Below are positions 1 through 7,024 of a DNA stretch of 64,000 nucleotides, in pieces. A model generated the notes under the pieces. The model was not told where the DNA came from, made no database searches, and saw nothing but the letters and a program-made list of their open reading frames with translations. Positions within the stretch are counted from its first letter, which is position 1. Each line of letters begins with the position of its first letter. The stretch is from a virus, in the IMG/VR virus record IMGVR_UViG_3300044742_000375. One strand, 5' to 3'. The translations under genes were made by a program, and so were the position numbers.

Positions 1-266
1 TCCGCGTGGGTATCGACCACGAACTGGAGTTGGTCGCTGGTGGCCGAGAGGATCGTCGGGCGCGCGACCGGCGGACCGCCCTCGACGAGCGTCGTCACGC
101 GACCGCCGCCATAGGGGTCGCTACCTATCTTACCTCGCGGCCCCTCCCGCCCGAGAGCGGTATTGGCCTGCTCGACCCTGGGATGATCCGCTTTCGTATC
201 GGGTTTGGCGCGATCCGGATGATCCGCTTTCGTATCGACGGGCTTGTGTTCGGGTTCCCTGGCCAT
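1..266 (-). CDS. hypothetical protein, N-terminal part only (ORF runs off left edge)
   Basis: minus-strand ATG at 266-264, AGGAGG (complement of 272-277) 5 nt upstream, open to position 1; absent from ORF track because no stop in window; MAREPEHKPVDTKADHPDRAKPDTKADHPRVEQ... Confidence 0.5.
   Translation of the reverse strand, partial: MAREPEHKPVDTKADHPDRAKPDTKADHPRVEQANTALGREGPRGKIGSDPYGGGRVTTLVEGGPPVARPTILSATSDQLQFVVDTHA
181..237. repeat. 21-nt direct repeat GGATGATCCGCTTTCGTATCG (181-201 and 217-237), period 36 nt
   Basis: exact copies read in sequence; encodes repeated KPDTKADHP peptide in the partial minus-strand gene. Confidence 0.8.
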
Positions 267-399
267 GACGACCTCCTGAGTTGTCAACGCATCATGAGCC
301 AAAAGGTTCGTGATCACAAGATTATAATTTGAAACGTAATGTAGGTTCTGAATACAGCCTGGATTTTTCGTTGCAGTTTCAGAAGTCGTAGTCATGTAG

Positions 400-720
400 G
401 GCAAGAGTACCTAAAGGGCCGGGGCGGCGGGGGCCCCCCTTGGACAGGTCGGGGGTGGGGGCGTGGGGGGTTATGCCGGGACTAAATACCGCTCCCGCAA
501 GGTGTGGAAAGCCCCCGGCCAACGGGATGTCGCTACCAGCGTTAGCCTCCGGTCGCGACGGTTCGCGACTGGCATAGCCGCCCGGCAATCGCGGGCAGGC
601 AATCCCTTCGGCCTAAGTGTAGGGTCCGCCGCAACCTTGTTGGATTGCTATGTGGCGGATCTGAGACGAGCGACTGAAAGAGGGGACGTGCGGGTTCGAC
701 CGGGCCCGTGCTTAGCAGAA
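400..720. other. GC-rich non-coding segment with multiple stable stem-loops (candidate structured RNA or DNA element)
   Basis: hairpin GTCGCGA-CGGT-TCGCGAC 552-569; pairing 622-633 with 651-662; long-range GGCCGGGG 417-424 with CCCCGGCC 513-520; only Arg/Pro-rich implausible ORFs in track. Confidence 0.3.
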
Positions 721-1067
721 CATTAGCGCCGTGCGCTCCTAAGGTCTGCGTCGCCGCTGCGGCCCATGGTCTGACAAACCATGTGCAAGCTAACGTCCGG
801 GAATCACGTCTCCGGTAGCGGTGTGGAGTTGCTCAACTCCGGAAAGAACATGAGCAAGCCCTCACATTGGCCTAACCTTCAACGGTTGCGCCAGATCACG
901 ACAAATCACGTGACCGAATGGGTTCCGGCGGGACGCGGCGCGTTTAGCCTCTGGCGAACGCGTGAATGCGGCATACCCAGCGTGTGAGAGTTGACAAACC
1001 CCAAAGTGCCATAACGCCTACCCAACGCATTAACCCTGGCGCGCCAGACTATCGGCGCGCCAATAGC

Positions 1068-1114
1068 GTTACTCCCGCAATGCCAACATCTGGCGTTGAT
1101 ATTACGGGAGTAAC
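1068..1114 (+). promoter_or_regulatory. inverted repeat that can sequester the Shine-Dalgarno of the first plus-arm gene
   Basis: GTTACTCCCG 1068-1077 is the exact reverse complement of CGGGAGTAAC 1105-1114 (SD of ATG 1117); 27-nt spacer with inner GCCA/TGGC hairpin 1082-1094. Confidence 0.4.
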
Positions 1115-1116
1115 CA

Positions 1117-1335
1117 ATGCAAACCCAACGCACAATCACTCTGATCTGCACTCGCGAACCCGCTACCGGCCGCACCATGGTGCGTCCCGCGTGCGAACTC
1201 TACCGCACACTTGAGCAGGCAACGCGCCAGGTGCTGCGCCGCGAATATGAGAGTGGCATCATGACCTACCTGTACGCGGTGCCAATCCTACCCACCAATT
1301 GGTGCAACGTCGACAACGTGGAAACCCGCTTCTGA
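1117..1335 (+). CDS. hypothetical early protein (72 aa)
   Basis: track ORF; ATG preceded by junction motif ATTACGGGAGTAACC 1101-1115. Confidence 0.6.
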   Translation: MQTQRTITLICTREPATGRTMVRPACELYRTLEQATRQVLRREYESGIMTYLYAVPILPTNWCNVDNVETRF

Positions 1336-1350
1336 TCGTTGCTTTCGTGG

Positions 1351-1370
1351 ATGCGCCGCGCGCGGCGCAT
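1351..1370. other. perfect 20-nt palindrome ATGCGCCGCGCGCGGCGCAT after gene stop
   Basis: read in sequence; 15 nt downstream of stop at 1333-1335; no U-tract. Confidence 0.5.
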
Positions 1371-1403
1371 CTATGAGCGCACCGCTCAATACGGGAGTAA
1401 CGC

Positions 1404-1706
1404 ATGGCCAAACACAAGCGCCAGCCCAAGGCTGGCGAACTCGCGAACAAACCGAGCAAACCGTTCGCGGAACGCCCGCGCGGCGTGCCGCTGGACAATT
1501 TTCGCCCGATACATCGCGCCGCGCCTGACAGCGAAAAGATCCCGACGATCTGGCCCGAACGGATGATCATCCGACGCTTCACCGCCGGTCCCCAGACCAA
1601 CACATGGCGGATCAAGGGAAACATGATGGGCGGGAGCACGGGAGCGTGCAAAGGCATCACGTCGGCGCCGGACGTGGCGCGGGCTTTCATCGGAACGAAA
1701 GGCTAA
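1404..1706 (+). CDS. hypothetical basic early protein (100 aa)
   Basis: track ORF; ATG preceded by CAATACGGGAGTAACGC 1387-1403. Confidence 0.6.
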   Translation: MAKHKRQPKAGELANKPSKPFAERPRGVPLDNFRPIHRAAPDSEKIPTIWPERMIIRRFTAGPQTNTWRIKGNMMGGSTGACKGITSAPDVARAFIGTKG

Positions 1707-1710
1707 CATC

Positions 1711-1863
1711 ATGACGTTACCAATACTGATTGGCTTCGCGGGCGTGCTCTCACACGCCGCTGGGTTCCTGCCCGCGTGCTCCTACCGCAAGGTAGGCGGG
1801 CTGCGTTTCGTCCGCGTCGGACGGTTCGGCGCGAGTTTCTTTATCTCAAACAAGAAAGGTTGA
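1711..1863 (+). CDS. small hydrophobic protein (50 aa)
   Basis: below track cutoff; ATG 4 nt after previous stop; MTLPILIGFAGVLSHAAGFLPA...; GC3 about 70% by hand count. Confidence 0.4.
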   Translation: MTLPILIGFAGVLSHAAGFLPACSYRKVGGLRFVRVGRFGASFFISNKKG

Positions 1864-1866
1864 ACC

Positions 1867-2034
1867 ATGCGACATGATGATATCGTGCTTTCGTTCCTGA
1901 TCGTTTACGACGGTAGTGACGATAGCATACCCTCGCCGGATCAGGATGATTACGATCCGGCCGAACCCCTGGCGCCATACCCCGATGATCACGGTATGGA
2001 CGTGCTTGAATTCTTTCAACGCTACGACCGCTGA
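1867..2034 (+). CDS. small acidic protein (55 aa)
   Basis: below track cutoff; ATG 3 nt after previous stop; MRHDDIVLSFLIVYDGSDDSIPSPDQDDYDPAEP...; GC3 only about 58%. Confidence 0.35.
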   Translation: MRHDDIVLSFLIVYDGSDDSIPSPDQDDYDPAEPLAPYPDDHGMDVLEFFQRYDR

Positions 2035-2041
2035 GCTTACG

Positions 2042-2067
2042 GATAGGCGCGACGCATCGCGCCTATC
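2042..2067 (+). terminator. 11-bp perfect hairpin GATAGGCGCGA-CGCA-TCGCGCCTATC after gene stop
   Basis: read in sequence, 7 nt after stop 2032-2034; no U-run, so terminator function uncertain. Confidence 0.35.
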
Positions 2068-2269
2068 AGCAAGCGCACCGCTCGCGACGGACCGCGCCGA
2101 TACCTGACCGAAAGGAATTGCCATGCGATTATGCTAGCCCGATGGTGCGACACTAACCCGCGAGGGAGCGCACGGGGCTGTAGCGGGCGGCGCGGTCTGA
2201 TCACCCGCGCCGATTGGAACGCACGCCACGGTCTGGCATACGCCACGCCGTCGCGGTGCTTTGATGATA

Positions 2270-2306
2270 GTCCGGCATCGTCACATCGTCGCGATGTCCG
2301 GACTTT
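2270..2306 (+). terminator. bulged 11-bp hairpin followed by TTT in a 347-nt gene-free gap
   Basis: GTCCGGCATCG 2270-2280 pairs with CGATGTCCGGAC 2292-2303 (one bulged T), then TTT. Confidence 0.25.
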
Positions 2307-2381
2307 CATGAGCGCACCGCTCAACGCGGCATCGAATGATCCGCGCGCCTGTCCCAAACCTTACTACCGGAGTGAAACCAC

Positions 2382-3335
2382 ATGGCTAAAATCGTCGAGA
2401 TCGCTTCCGACCGCGTGCTTGACATCGCCTCGCGTATTCGCGCGGCTTGCGTGGCCCTCGCGGAACCCGAGGACCGCAAGTTCGAAGCGATGGAAGCCGC
2501 GCAAGGCGCGGCCAATGACGGCAACAACACCCGGCTGTCCGTCATAACCGACATCGCGGCCATGTCGCACGCGGAGGAATGGACCCACGCGGAAGTGGCG
2601 CAAGCCTGTGAACGCGCCGCGAAAATGGGCAACTCGGCCGACGGCGAACAATCCCGGTCCGCGCGGTCCGTGGGCGTGTTCATATCGGAGATGAAAACCT
2701 TCGCCTCGCCCAAGGTTCGCGGCCACCTGCCCGACCTGCGCGCCACCTGCGAAGCGGTCTGGGCCGACGAAACGGAATTGCTGGCGAGCGTGGAACGCGA
2801 GGACCGCGACGCCATCGAAACGCCCGTGCGCAAGTGGCAAAGCCGATTTTATCACCTGATCATGAACGTCTCACGCGCGGTCAAAGAGGGCAAGCTGACC
2901 GCGCCGATGAGCAAGGACGATCTGATCGCCTACGCGGTCGCGAACGATCCCGACCACAATGCCACGAAAGTGGCCGCGCGGCTCAAAACCCTGATCGGCC
3001 AGATCGACGGTTTTCACGCGGACTTCGAGATGGAAGAGCTCAAGATCGCGGCCGACTACCTGCGCACCATCAGCACCGACGAACTGATGGCCGCGCGCAA
3101 GGCCCTCGTGGCCGCGCGGGCGGCGTTGAACCCGCCTCCGGTGTGGACACCGCCCGTCCTGGTCTCGCCCGCTCCAGCCCCCATCCAGGGCGTGAGTCAG
3201 GCCGATACCGGCGAAGCCGGGAGCGGCGACGAGGTAGCTAACGGTGTGTTTGATTATGAGGACGATATCCTGGGCGATGGCGTGGCGCGTCAACAGGCGA
3301 GTCAGTTGGTCATGGCCGCGCTCGTAGCGGCGTGA
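2382..3335 (+). CDS. hypothetical protein (317 aa)
   Basis: track ORF; ATG preceded by TTACTACCGGAGTGAAACC 2361-2379. Confidence 0.75.
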   Translation: MAKIVEIASDRVLDIASRIRAACVALAEPEDRKFEAMEAAQGAANDGNNTRLSVITDIAAMSHAEEWTHAEVAQACERAAKMGNSADGEQSRSARSVGVFISEMKTFASPKVRGHLPDLRATCEAVWADETELLASVEREDRDAIETPVRKWQSRFYHLIMNVSRAVKEGKLTAPMSKDDLIAYAVANDPDHNATKVAARLKTLIGQIDGFHADFEMEELKIAADYLRTISTDELMAARKALVAARAALNPPPVWTPPVLVSPAPAPIQGVSQADTGEAGSGDEVANGVFDYEDDILGDGVARQQASQLVMAALVAA

Positions 3336-3375
3336 GGTGGTCAATCATTTACTACGGTAGTATGGGAAGCAGTGT

Positions 3376-3431
3376 GCGGGGGATTACGTCCCCCGCTCGC
3401 TTGCTCTAACGCGTGCGTTAGCTCGCACGCG
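3376..3431 (+). terminator. two consecutive GC-rich hairpins downstream of gene 2382-3335
   Basis: GCGGGGG-ATTACGT-CCCCCGC 3376-3396 and CGCGTGCG-TTAGCT-CGCACGCG 3410-3431; weak T-richness after first. Confidence 0.3.
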
Positions 3432-3479
3432 CTAGGCTAGGCGAGCAAATATAACCAACGAGCTAGGGCAAATCGAATG

Positions 3480-3960
3480 ATCCGTTACGCCAGTGCACAC
3501 TAACATTTGTTTGGCGCGCCATGAATGTCGAGTGCTGCCGAATAACTCATTGATCCGACGAGCTATAACTAAGTTTGACAGCGATTTTATCAGGGTCGAC
3601 CGCCTAATAACTTATTGATATTATTAAAATTTATATATAGTATGTTATAACTGATGTATAATTGCATCGGGACAACGATACGTGATGCGTGAGACTTCCA
3701 ATGCATGCATTACGCAATACCCCCCGCTCCCTAAGGGCCTCATGTTTGGAGCAATTATACAGCAGTGATAACATGCCGCGTATGATATCATGTTTGATCA
3801 GTCACTTATTCGGTAGTGAACTCTGTCAAATCCGTGGTCAAGCTTCTCGGAGTTTGACCGTCGAGGATGACATTTTGTCCATAATAGCATATGTCTGACA
3901 CTGACGGGCTGTATCTTGTTATGCACTCCGGTAGTAAACGATCAACCCCAACGTAAGGAT
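3480..3960. other. AT-rich intergenic island (candidate origin and/or early promoter region)
   Basis: hand count 174 G+C in 420 nt (41%) for 3541-3960, 18% for 3601-3660; iteron-like AATAACTNATTGAT at 3541-3556 and 3606-3620, ATAACT also at 3565 and 3647; sigma70-like TTGATA(3615)-17-TAGTAT(3638) and TATAAT 3657-3662. Confidence 0.4.
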
Positions 3961-3970
3961 TTAGCGTACC

Positions 3971-4432
3971 ATGAAGAAACCTGAAACACCCTCTCCGCCG
4001 CCCTTCGAGACCAATACCCCACGCTTCGACGCTAACAATCCCGGTCGCAAGTGTCGCACCTGTAGAGAATATCGGGCCAATAATGACTACGAGTCGCACC
4101 GGCATAAGATCTGTCTCTACTGTAAGGAACGTCGCGTGATGCGCTCGCTACCCGGTCGGGTGAAGTTGCTCGAAGCCGAGCGGAAGGCGAGTGGGGTTCC
4201 GGCGATCACGATGACGTACGAGGGGCGCGCCAAATACCAACGCGACCGCTACCGCGAAAAGCGCGGGCAGAAGGAGATAACCGGCCCTCGGCTCGCCGCC
4301 CGCGTGTGCCGTCGGTGCCATGTGTACAAACCAATCACCGAGTTCCTTACCGATTGGGCGCGCGTCTGCCTCGCGTGCGACAACCCCGAAGCCCGGGCCA
4401 TACGCTGGCGCAACCCACAACTGCCACGTTAA
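3971..4432 (+). CDS. Cys-rich protein with two predicted CxxC...CxxC zinc ribbons (possible regulator)
   Basis: track ORF; CRTC...CLYC and CRRC...CLAC pairs; TAAGGA 12 nt upstream; first gene after AT-rich island. Confidence 0.7.
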   Translation: MKKPETPSPPPFETNTPRFDANNPGRKCRTCREYRANNDYESHRHKICLYCKERRVMRSLPGRVKLLEAERKASGVPAITMTYEGRAKYQRDRYREKRGQKEITGPRLAARVCRRCHVYKPITEFLTDWARVCLACDNPEARAIRWRNPQLPR

Positions 4433-4447
4433 TACGGGAGTGAAACC

Positions 4448-4603
4448 ATGAACTTCGATGACGATGATGACGACTATGACGCCGACAACGATCCCATTGT
4501 CCAGGAATGGGAGAAACGTTTCGAGGGCATGACGCCCGAACAGGTCGACGCCTACATGGAGGCGGCATGGCGGCGGCTGCTGTGCCTGCCGACGTTGCAC
4601 TAA
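4448..4603 (+). CDS. small highly acidic protein (51 aa)
   Basis: below track cutoff; TTAATACGGGAGTGAAACC 4429-4447 then ATG; MNFDDDDDDYDADNDPIVQEWEKRF...; stop is the TAA of the next junction motif. Confidence 0.5.
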   Translation: MNFDDDDDDYDADNDPIVQEWEKRFEGMTPEQVDAYMEAAWRRLLCLPTLH

Positions 4604-4617
4604 TACGGGAGTGAAAT

Positions 4618-4797
4618 ATGGTTACGTATGAAATAACCTGGGTATGCACCGACGAGGACTGGATATACCGGCGTGTCGAGTGCGAGGATTTTCACGCCGC
4701 GTGCGACCTCGCCATGCGGCGCGTGTTCATGGCCGCGTCCAACCCGCACGATAAACTAAAGGACGCGCGGGTGCATCGCATCCAGCGCATCGAATGA
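4618..4797 (+). CDS. hypothetical early protein (59 aa)
   Basis: below track cutoff; TAATACGGGAGTGAAAT 4601-4617 then ATG. Confidence 0.5.
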   Translation: MVTYEITWVCTDEDWIYRRVECEDFHAACDLAMRRVFMAASNPHDKLKDARVHRIQRIE

Positions 4798-4871
4798 TCC
4801 CGCGCGTCGAGCAGGGCCGCACCGCTCTTGGGCGGGGCGAACCGCGAGGTAACTAATACAGGAGTGAAACC

Positions 4872-5057
4872 ATGAGACGTGAACTGAACATCCTCGAAAC
4901 CCTGTTCATCATCGAGCACGAACTCGATCACGCGGACGAGGCTTTCGAGGCGGACGCCAGGAGCGACGGGTTCCGGGCGCTCGGCGCCGCCCGCCACGCG
5001 GTGCGGATACTGCGGACCGTGCTCGACCACGTTTACACCATTCCGGGAGCAGAATAG
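4872..5057 (+). CDS. hypothetical early protein (61 aa)
   Basis: track ORF; CTAATACAGGAGTGAAACC 4853-4871 then ATG. Confidence 0.6.
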   Translation: MRRELNILETLFIIEHELDHADEAFEADARSDGFRALGAARHAVRILRTVLDHVYTIPGAE

Positions 5058-5058
5058 C

Positions 5059-5307
5059 ATGATGACCAGACAACACTACAAGGTGCTTGCCGCGTCCATC
5101 GCCACCATCGAGCACCCGTTGGTCAGGGGTATGGCGGCCAGGACCCTGGGCAAGGCGCTATGCGAGGACAACCCGCGTTTCGACCTCGACACGTGGCTGG
5201 CCGCGTGCGGCGTGGTCCGGTATCGCGACATGCTATCCGACGAGGCGACACCCGCCAGGGTGAAGCGTGCGAAAGTGAAGGCGGCGCTTAATACGGGAGT
5301 GAAATAA
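5059..5307 (+). CDS. hypothetical early protein (82 aa)
   Basis: track ORF; starts 1 nt after previous stop; C-terminus ...LNTGVK encoded by next junction motif. Confidence 0.6.
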   Translation: MMTRQHYKVLAASIATIEHPLVRGMAARTLGKALCEDNPRFDLDTWLAACGVVRYRDMLSDEATPARVKRAKVKAALNTGVK

Positions 5308-5504
5308 TGAACAGCGACGTGACCCAGTTGGCCAACGCCATGCGCCACCAACCCAAACCCCGGCCCAAATCGGTCATCATCCCCATGGCGCTGCCCTGGC
5401 CGTGGCGCAGGTGGACCGCCAGTGCGCTGGGCATGACCCTGATGGTCCTGGGTATATACGGGACCGCGCGCGGGTTCATATGGATAGTGAATTGGTTGTT
5501 ATGA
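5307..5504 (+). CDS. small membrane protein (65 aa)
   Basis: track ORF; TTAATACGGGAGTGAAAT 5288-5305; TAATG overlap; hydrophobic segment ALGMTLMVLGIYG; high GC3. Confidence 0.6.
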   Translation: MNSDVTQLANAMRHQPKPRPKSVIIPMALPWPWRRWTASALGMTLMVLGIYGTARGFIWIVNWLL

Positions 5505-5568
5505 CCAATCGTCCTGGCCGCTTTCACCGCGTATCCAGCCGGTGTTGGACGTGGACAGCCGGACGGGC

Positions 5569-5598
5569 GACCGAACGATACGCGGGAGGCCGGGACGT
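5569..5598 (+). repeat. 30-nt intergenic element GACCGAACGATACGCGGGAGGCCGGGACGT, copy 1
   Basis: exact copy of 5750-5779; followed a few nt later by the TTAATACGGGAGTGAAAC junction and ATG 5623. Confidence 0.85.
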
Positions 5599-5622
5599 CG
5601 ACCTTTAATACGGGAGTGAAAC

Positions 5623-5751
5623 ATGAACGTCATTGACGACAAATTCAAAAAGGACGGAGGTAACATGATGGCGCGGGCCGTGGCGTGGACCGTGGCGTGG
5701 TGCCTCGTCTGGGCCGTGTTTGGTTACCTGGTGGCGGCGATGCTCGGGTGA
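5623..5751 (+). CDS. small membrane protein (42 aa)
   Basis: below track cutoff; TTAATACGGGAGTGAAAC 5605-5622 then ATG; ...RAVAWTVAWCLVWAVFGYLVAAMLG. Confidence 0.45.
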   Translation: MNVIDDKFKKDGGNMMARAVAWTVAWCLVWAVFGYLVAAMLG

Positions 5752-5779
5752 CCGAACGATACGCGGGAGGCCGGGACGT
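5750..5779 (+). repeat. 30-nt intergenic element, copy 2
   Basis: exact copy of 5569-5598; starts within stop codon 5749-5751; followed by junction motif and ATG 5801. Confidence 0.85.
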
Positions 5780-5800
5780 AACTTAATACGGGAGTGAAAC

Positions 5801-6088
5801 ATGAGCATACGTATCGTCATCGAGCACGTGACCGCGACGGTCACCTACGAACTCAAGACCGACGACCCCGCGCACGTCACCGACTTCTTTCGGTGCGCGC
5901 TGGTCGATCACGCGGCGTTGCTCAGGCTGGAGGGCGAGGGCGGCGTGCGCGGTTTCATGGCCCGCGCCACGGTCGAAGCGACGGAGCTACGATGTCGGGT
6001 GCCAGACGGTCGCCACCGTTATGTCGACGGCGTGTGCCCGTGGTGCGACGCCGACCAGGGCTCGATTGATCACGACGGGAGTAAATAA
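5801..6088 (+). CDS. hypothetical early protein (95 aa)
   Basis: track ORF; TTAATACGGGAGTGAAAC 5783-5800 then ATG. Confidence 0.65.
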   Translation: MSIRIVIEHVTATVTYELKTDDPAHVTDFFRCALVDHAALLRLEGEGGVRGFMARATVEATELRCRVPDGRHRYVDGVCPWCDADQGSIDHDGSK

Positions 6089-6089
6089 C

Positions 6090-6263
6090 ATGGTGATACT
6101 GATGGACGAAGTGCTCGCGCTCAAAACGGTCGAGGAGCAGATCGAATTCCTGAAACCCCTGACCATGCGCGAACTAGGCGTGCTGGCGATGGACCCTCGC
6201 TTCCTCCCATGGTTCGAGAGCGTGAGCAAGATACTCGGGGAGGGCGGTGGTCATGATGCTTGA
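6090..6263 (+). CDS. hypothetical early protein (57 aa)
   Basis: in frame with track ORF 6021-6263; CACGACGGGAGTAAATAAC 6071-6089 then ATG. Confidence 0.55.
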   Translation: MVILMDEVLALKTVEEQIEFLKPLTMRELGVLAMDPRFLPWFESVSKILGEGGGHDA

Positions 6264-6381
6264 GTTGACGCTGACGACGTACCTGTTGTTGGCGCAGTGG
6301 CAACCATACGTGTTGCTGCCGCTCCATTTCCCGCCGCAACCGGGCGTCCCGGCATGGGGCGCGCCACCGCCGTGCAAGTGA
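6253..6381 (+). CDS. small hydrophobic peptide (42 aa), first member of a duplicated two-gene cassette
   Basis: below cutoff; GC3 about 83% versus about 61% for the competing frame; TGATG overlap with next gene; MMLELTLTTYLLLAQWQPYVLLPL... Confidence 0.35.
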   Translation: MMLELTLTTYLLLAQWQPYVLLPLHFPPQPGVPAWGAPPPCK

Positions 6382-6638
6382 TGGACTGGTATGTCGGGCC
6401 GGTTTACCCCGAGGATGGCGGGGCGTCGCGCTGGGTGGAGGCGGACACCGGCATCGGCGCCATCGAGGCGTGGCTACGGCTATGTCACGCGGCTGGGTAC
6501 GAGTGGAGCGGGTGTGCGATATCCGCGTGGCCTTCACTCGGCTGGGACGCGTGGCACGAGGACAAACCCGGCGGCGTCATGACGCCCCGGAACTCGCTGG
6601 CCATCATGGCCATCATCGAAACATTACGACAGGAGTGA
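6381..6638 (+). CDS. hypothetical Trp-rich protein (85 aa), paralogue of 6764-7024
   Basis: in frame with track ORF 6297-6638; shares WVEADTG..EAWLRL...AIIETLRQE with 6764-7024. Confidence 0.55.
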   Translation: MDWYVGPVYPEDGGASRWVEADTGIGAIEAWLRLCHAAGYEWSGCAISAWPSLGWDAWHEDKPGGVMTPRNSLAIMAIIETLRQE

Positions 6639-6641
6639 AAG

Positions 6642-6755
6642 ATGGGAAAATTTATTTTGCTACTGCTTGTCGCCAGTTACATCCTTATAACGATGCTGAG
6701 TCCGCCATGGTGCGACGAGCCTTACTGCGCGGACGAAATAGTCGGCGACCGGTGA
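6642..6755 (+). CDS. small hydrophobic peptide (37 aa), second copy of cassette
   Basis: below cutoff; TTACGACAGGAGTGAAAG 6624-6641 then ATG; MGKFILLLLVASYILITMLSPPWCDEPYC... Confidence 0.4.
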   Translation: MGKFILLLLVASYILITMLSPPWCDEPYCADEIVGDR

Positions 6756-6763
6756 ACTGGTTC

Positions 6764-7024
6764 ATGAGCGCCGCATACGTCGGCGGTGACGGCATGCCCG
6801 CGTCCGCCTGGGTCGAGGCCGACACGGCGACGCTCGCGCTGGAGACGTGGCTGCGCGCGTTATACGCGGACGGGTGGCGGTATCCAGGCGGGAGTGTCGC
6901 CGCCATCCCGCTCACGCGCCCAGGCGAGTTTGGGCGCGCGGCCCGGTTCGACGAGACCTCGCCGGTATTGTTGGCGATAATTGAAACCTTACGACGGGAG
7001 AAACCTCGCCGGTATTGCTGGTGA
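6764..7024 (+). CDS. hypothetical Trp-rich protein (86 aa), paralogue of 6381-6638
   Basis: in frame with track ORF 6470-7024; C-terminus extended by the 47-bp tandem duplication. Confidence 0.55.
   Translation: MSAAYVGGDGMPASAWVEADTATLALETWLRALYADGWRYPGGSVAAIPLTRPGEFGRAARFDETSPVLLAIIETLRREKPRRYCW

Noticed and set aside
686-712. tRNA- or tmRNA-like GGTTCGA (693-699) in the left leader.
   Set aside because: The flanks do not form a 5-bp T-stem with a 7-nt loop; the best helix has a 10-nt loop with G-U pairs. No acceptor or anticodon arms and no CCA context could be built.
1036-3521. GGCGCGCC-containing palindromes (1037-1044, 1053-1060, 3513-3520) as operator candidates.
   Set aside because: An all-G/C 8-mer is expected several times by chance in 64 kb of GC-rich sequence, and no consistent flanking conservation was seen.
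3689-3898. Track ORF of 69 aa inside the AT-rich island.
   Set aside because: It has no RBS or junction cassette, a GTG start and composition atypical of the other genes. It is more likely a chance ORF in AT-rich regulatory DNA. It remains possible as an acquired moron.
4429-4447. Resemblance of TAATACG...GGGAG to the T7 promoter TAATACGACTCACTATAGGGAGA.
   Set aside because: The central specificity region is missing. The block sits 5-8 nt from start codons like an RBS. No single-subunit RNA polymerase gene is visible in the window.
5501-5608. A 35-codon ORF with an ATGA overlap after 5307-5504.
   Set aside because: Its 3' half is the 30-nt element that is clearly non-coding in its second copy. 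GC3 is only about 66% and there is no RBS.
5616-5623. GTGAAACA in several cassettes equals a half-site of the canonical parS TGTTNCACGTGAAACA, and a ParB-like gene is present.
   Set aside because: Only half-sites occur and the full palindrome never does. The match is explained by the RBS cassette itself.
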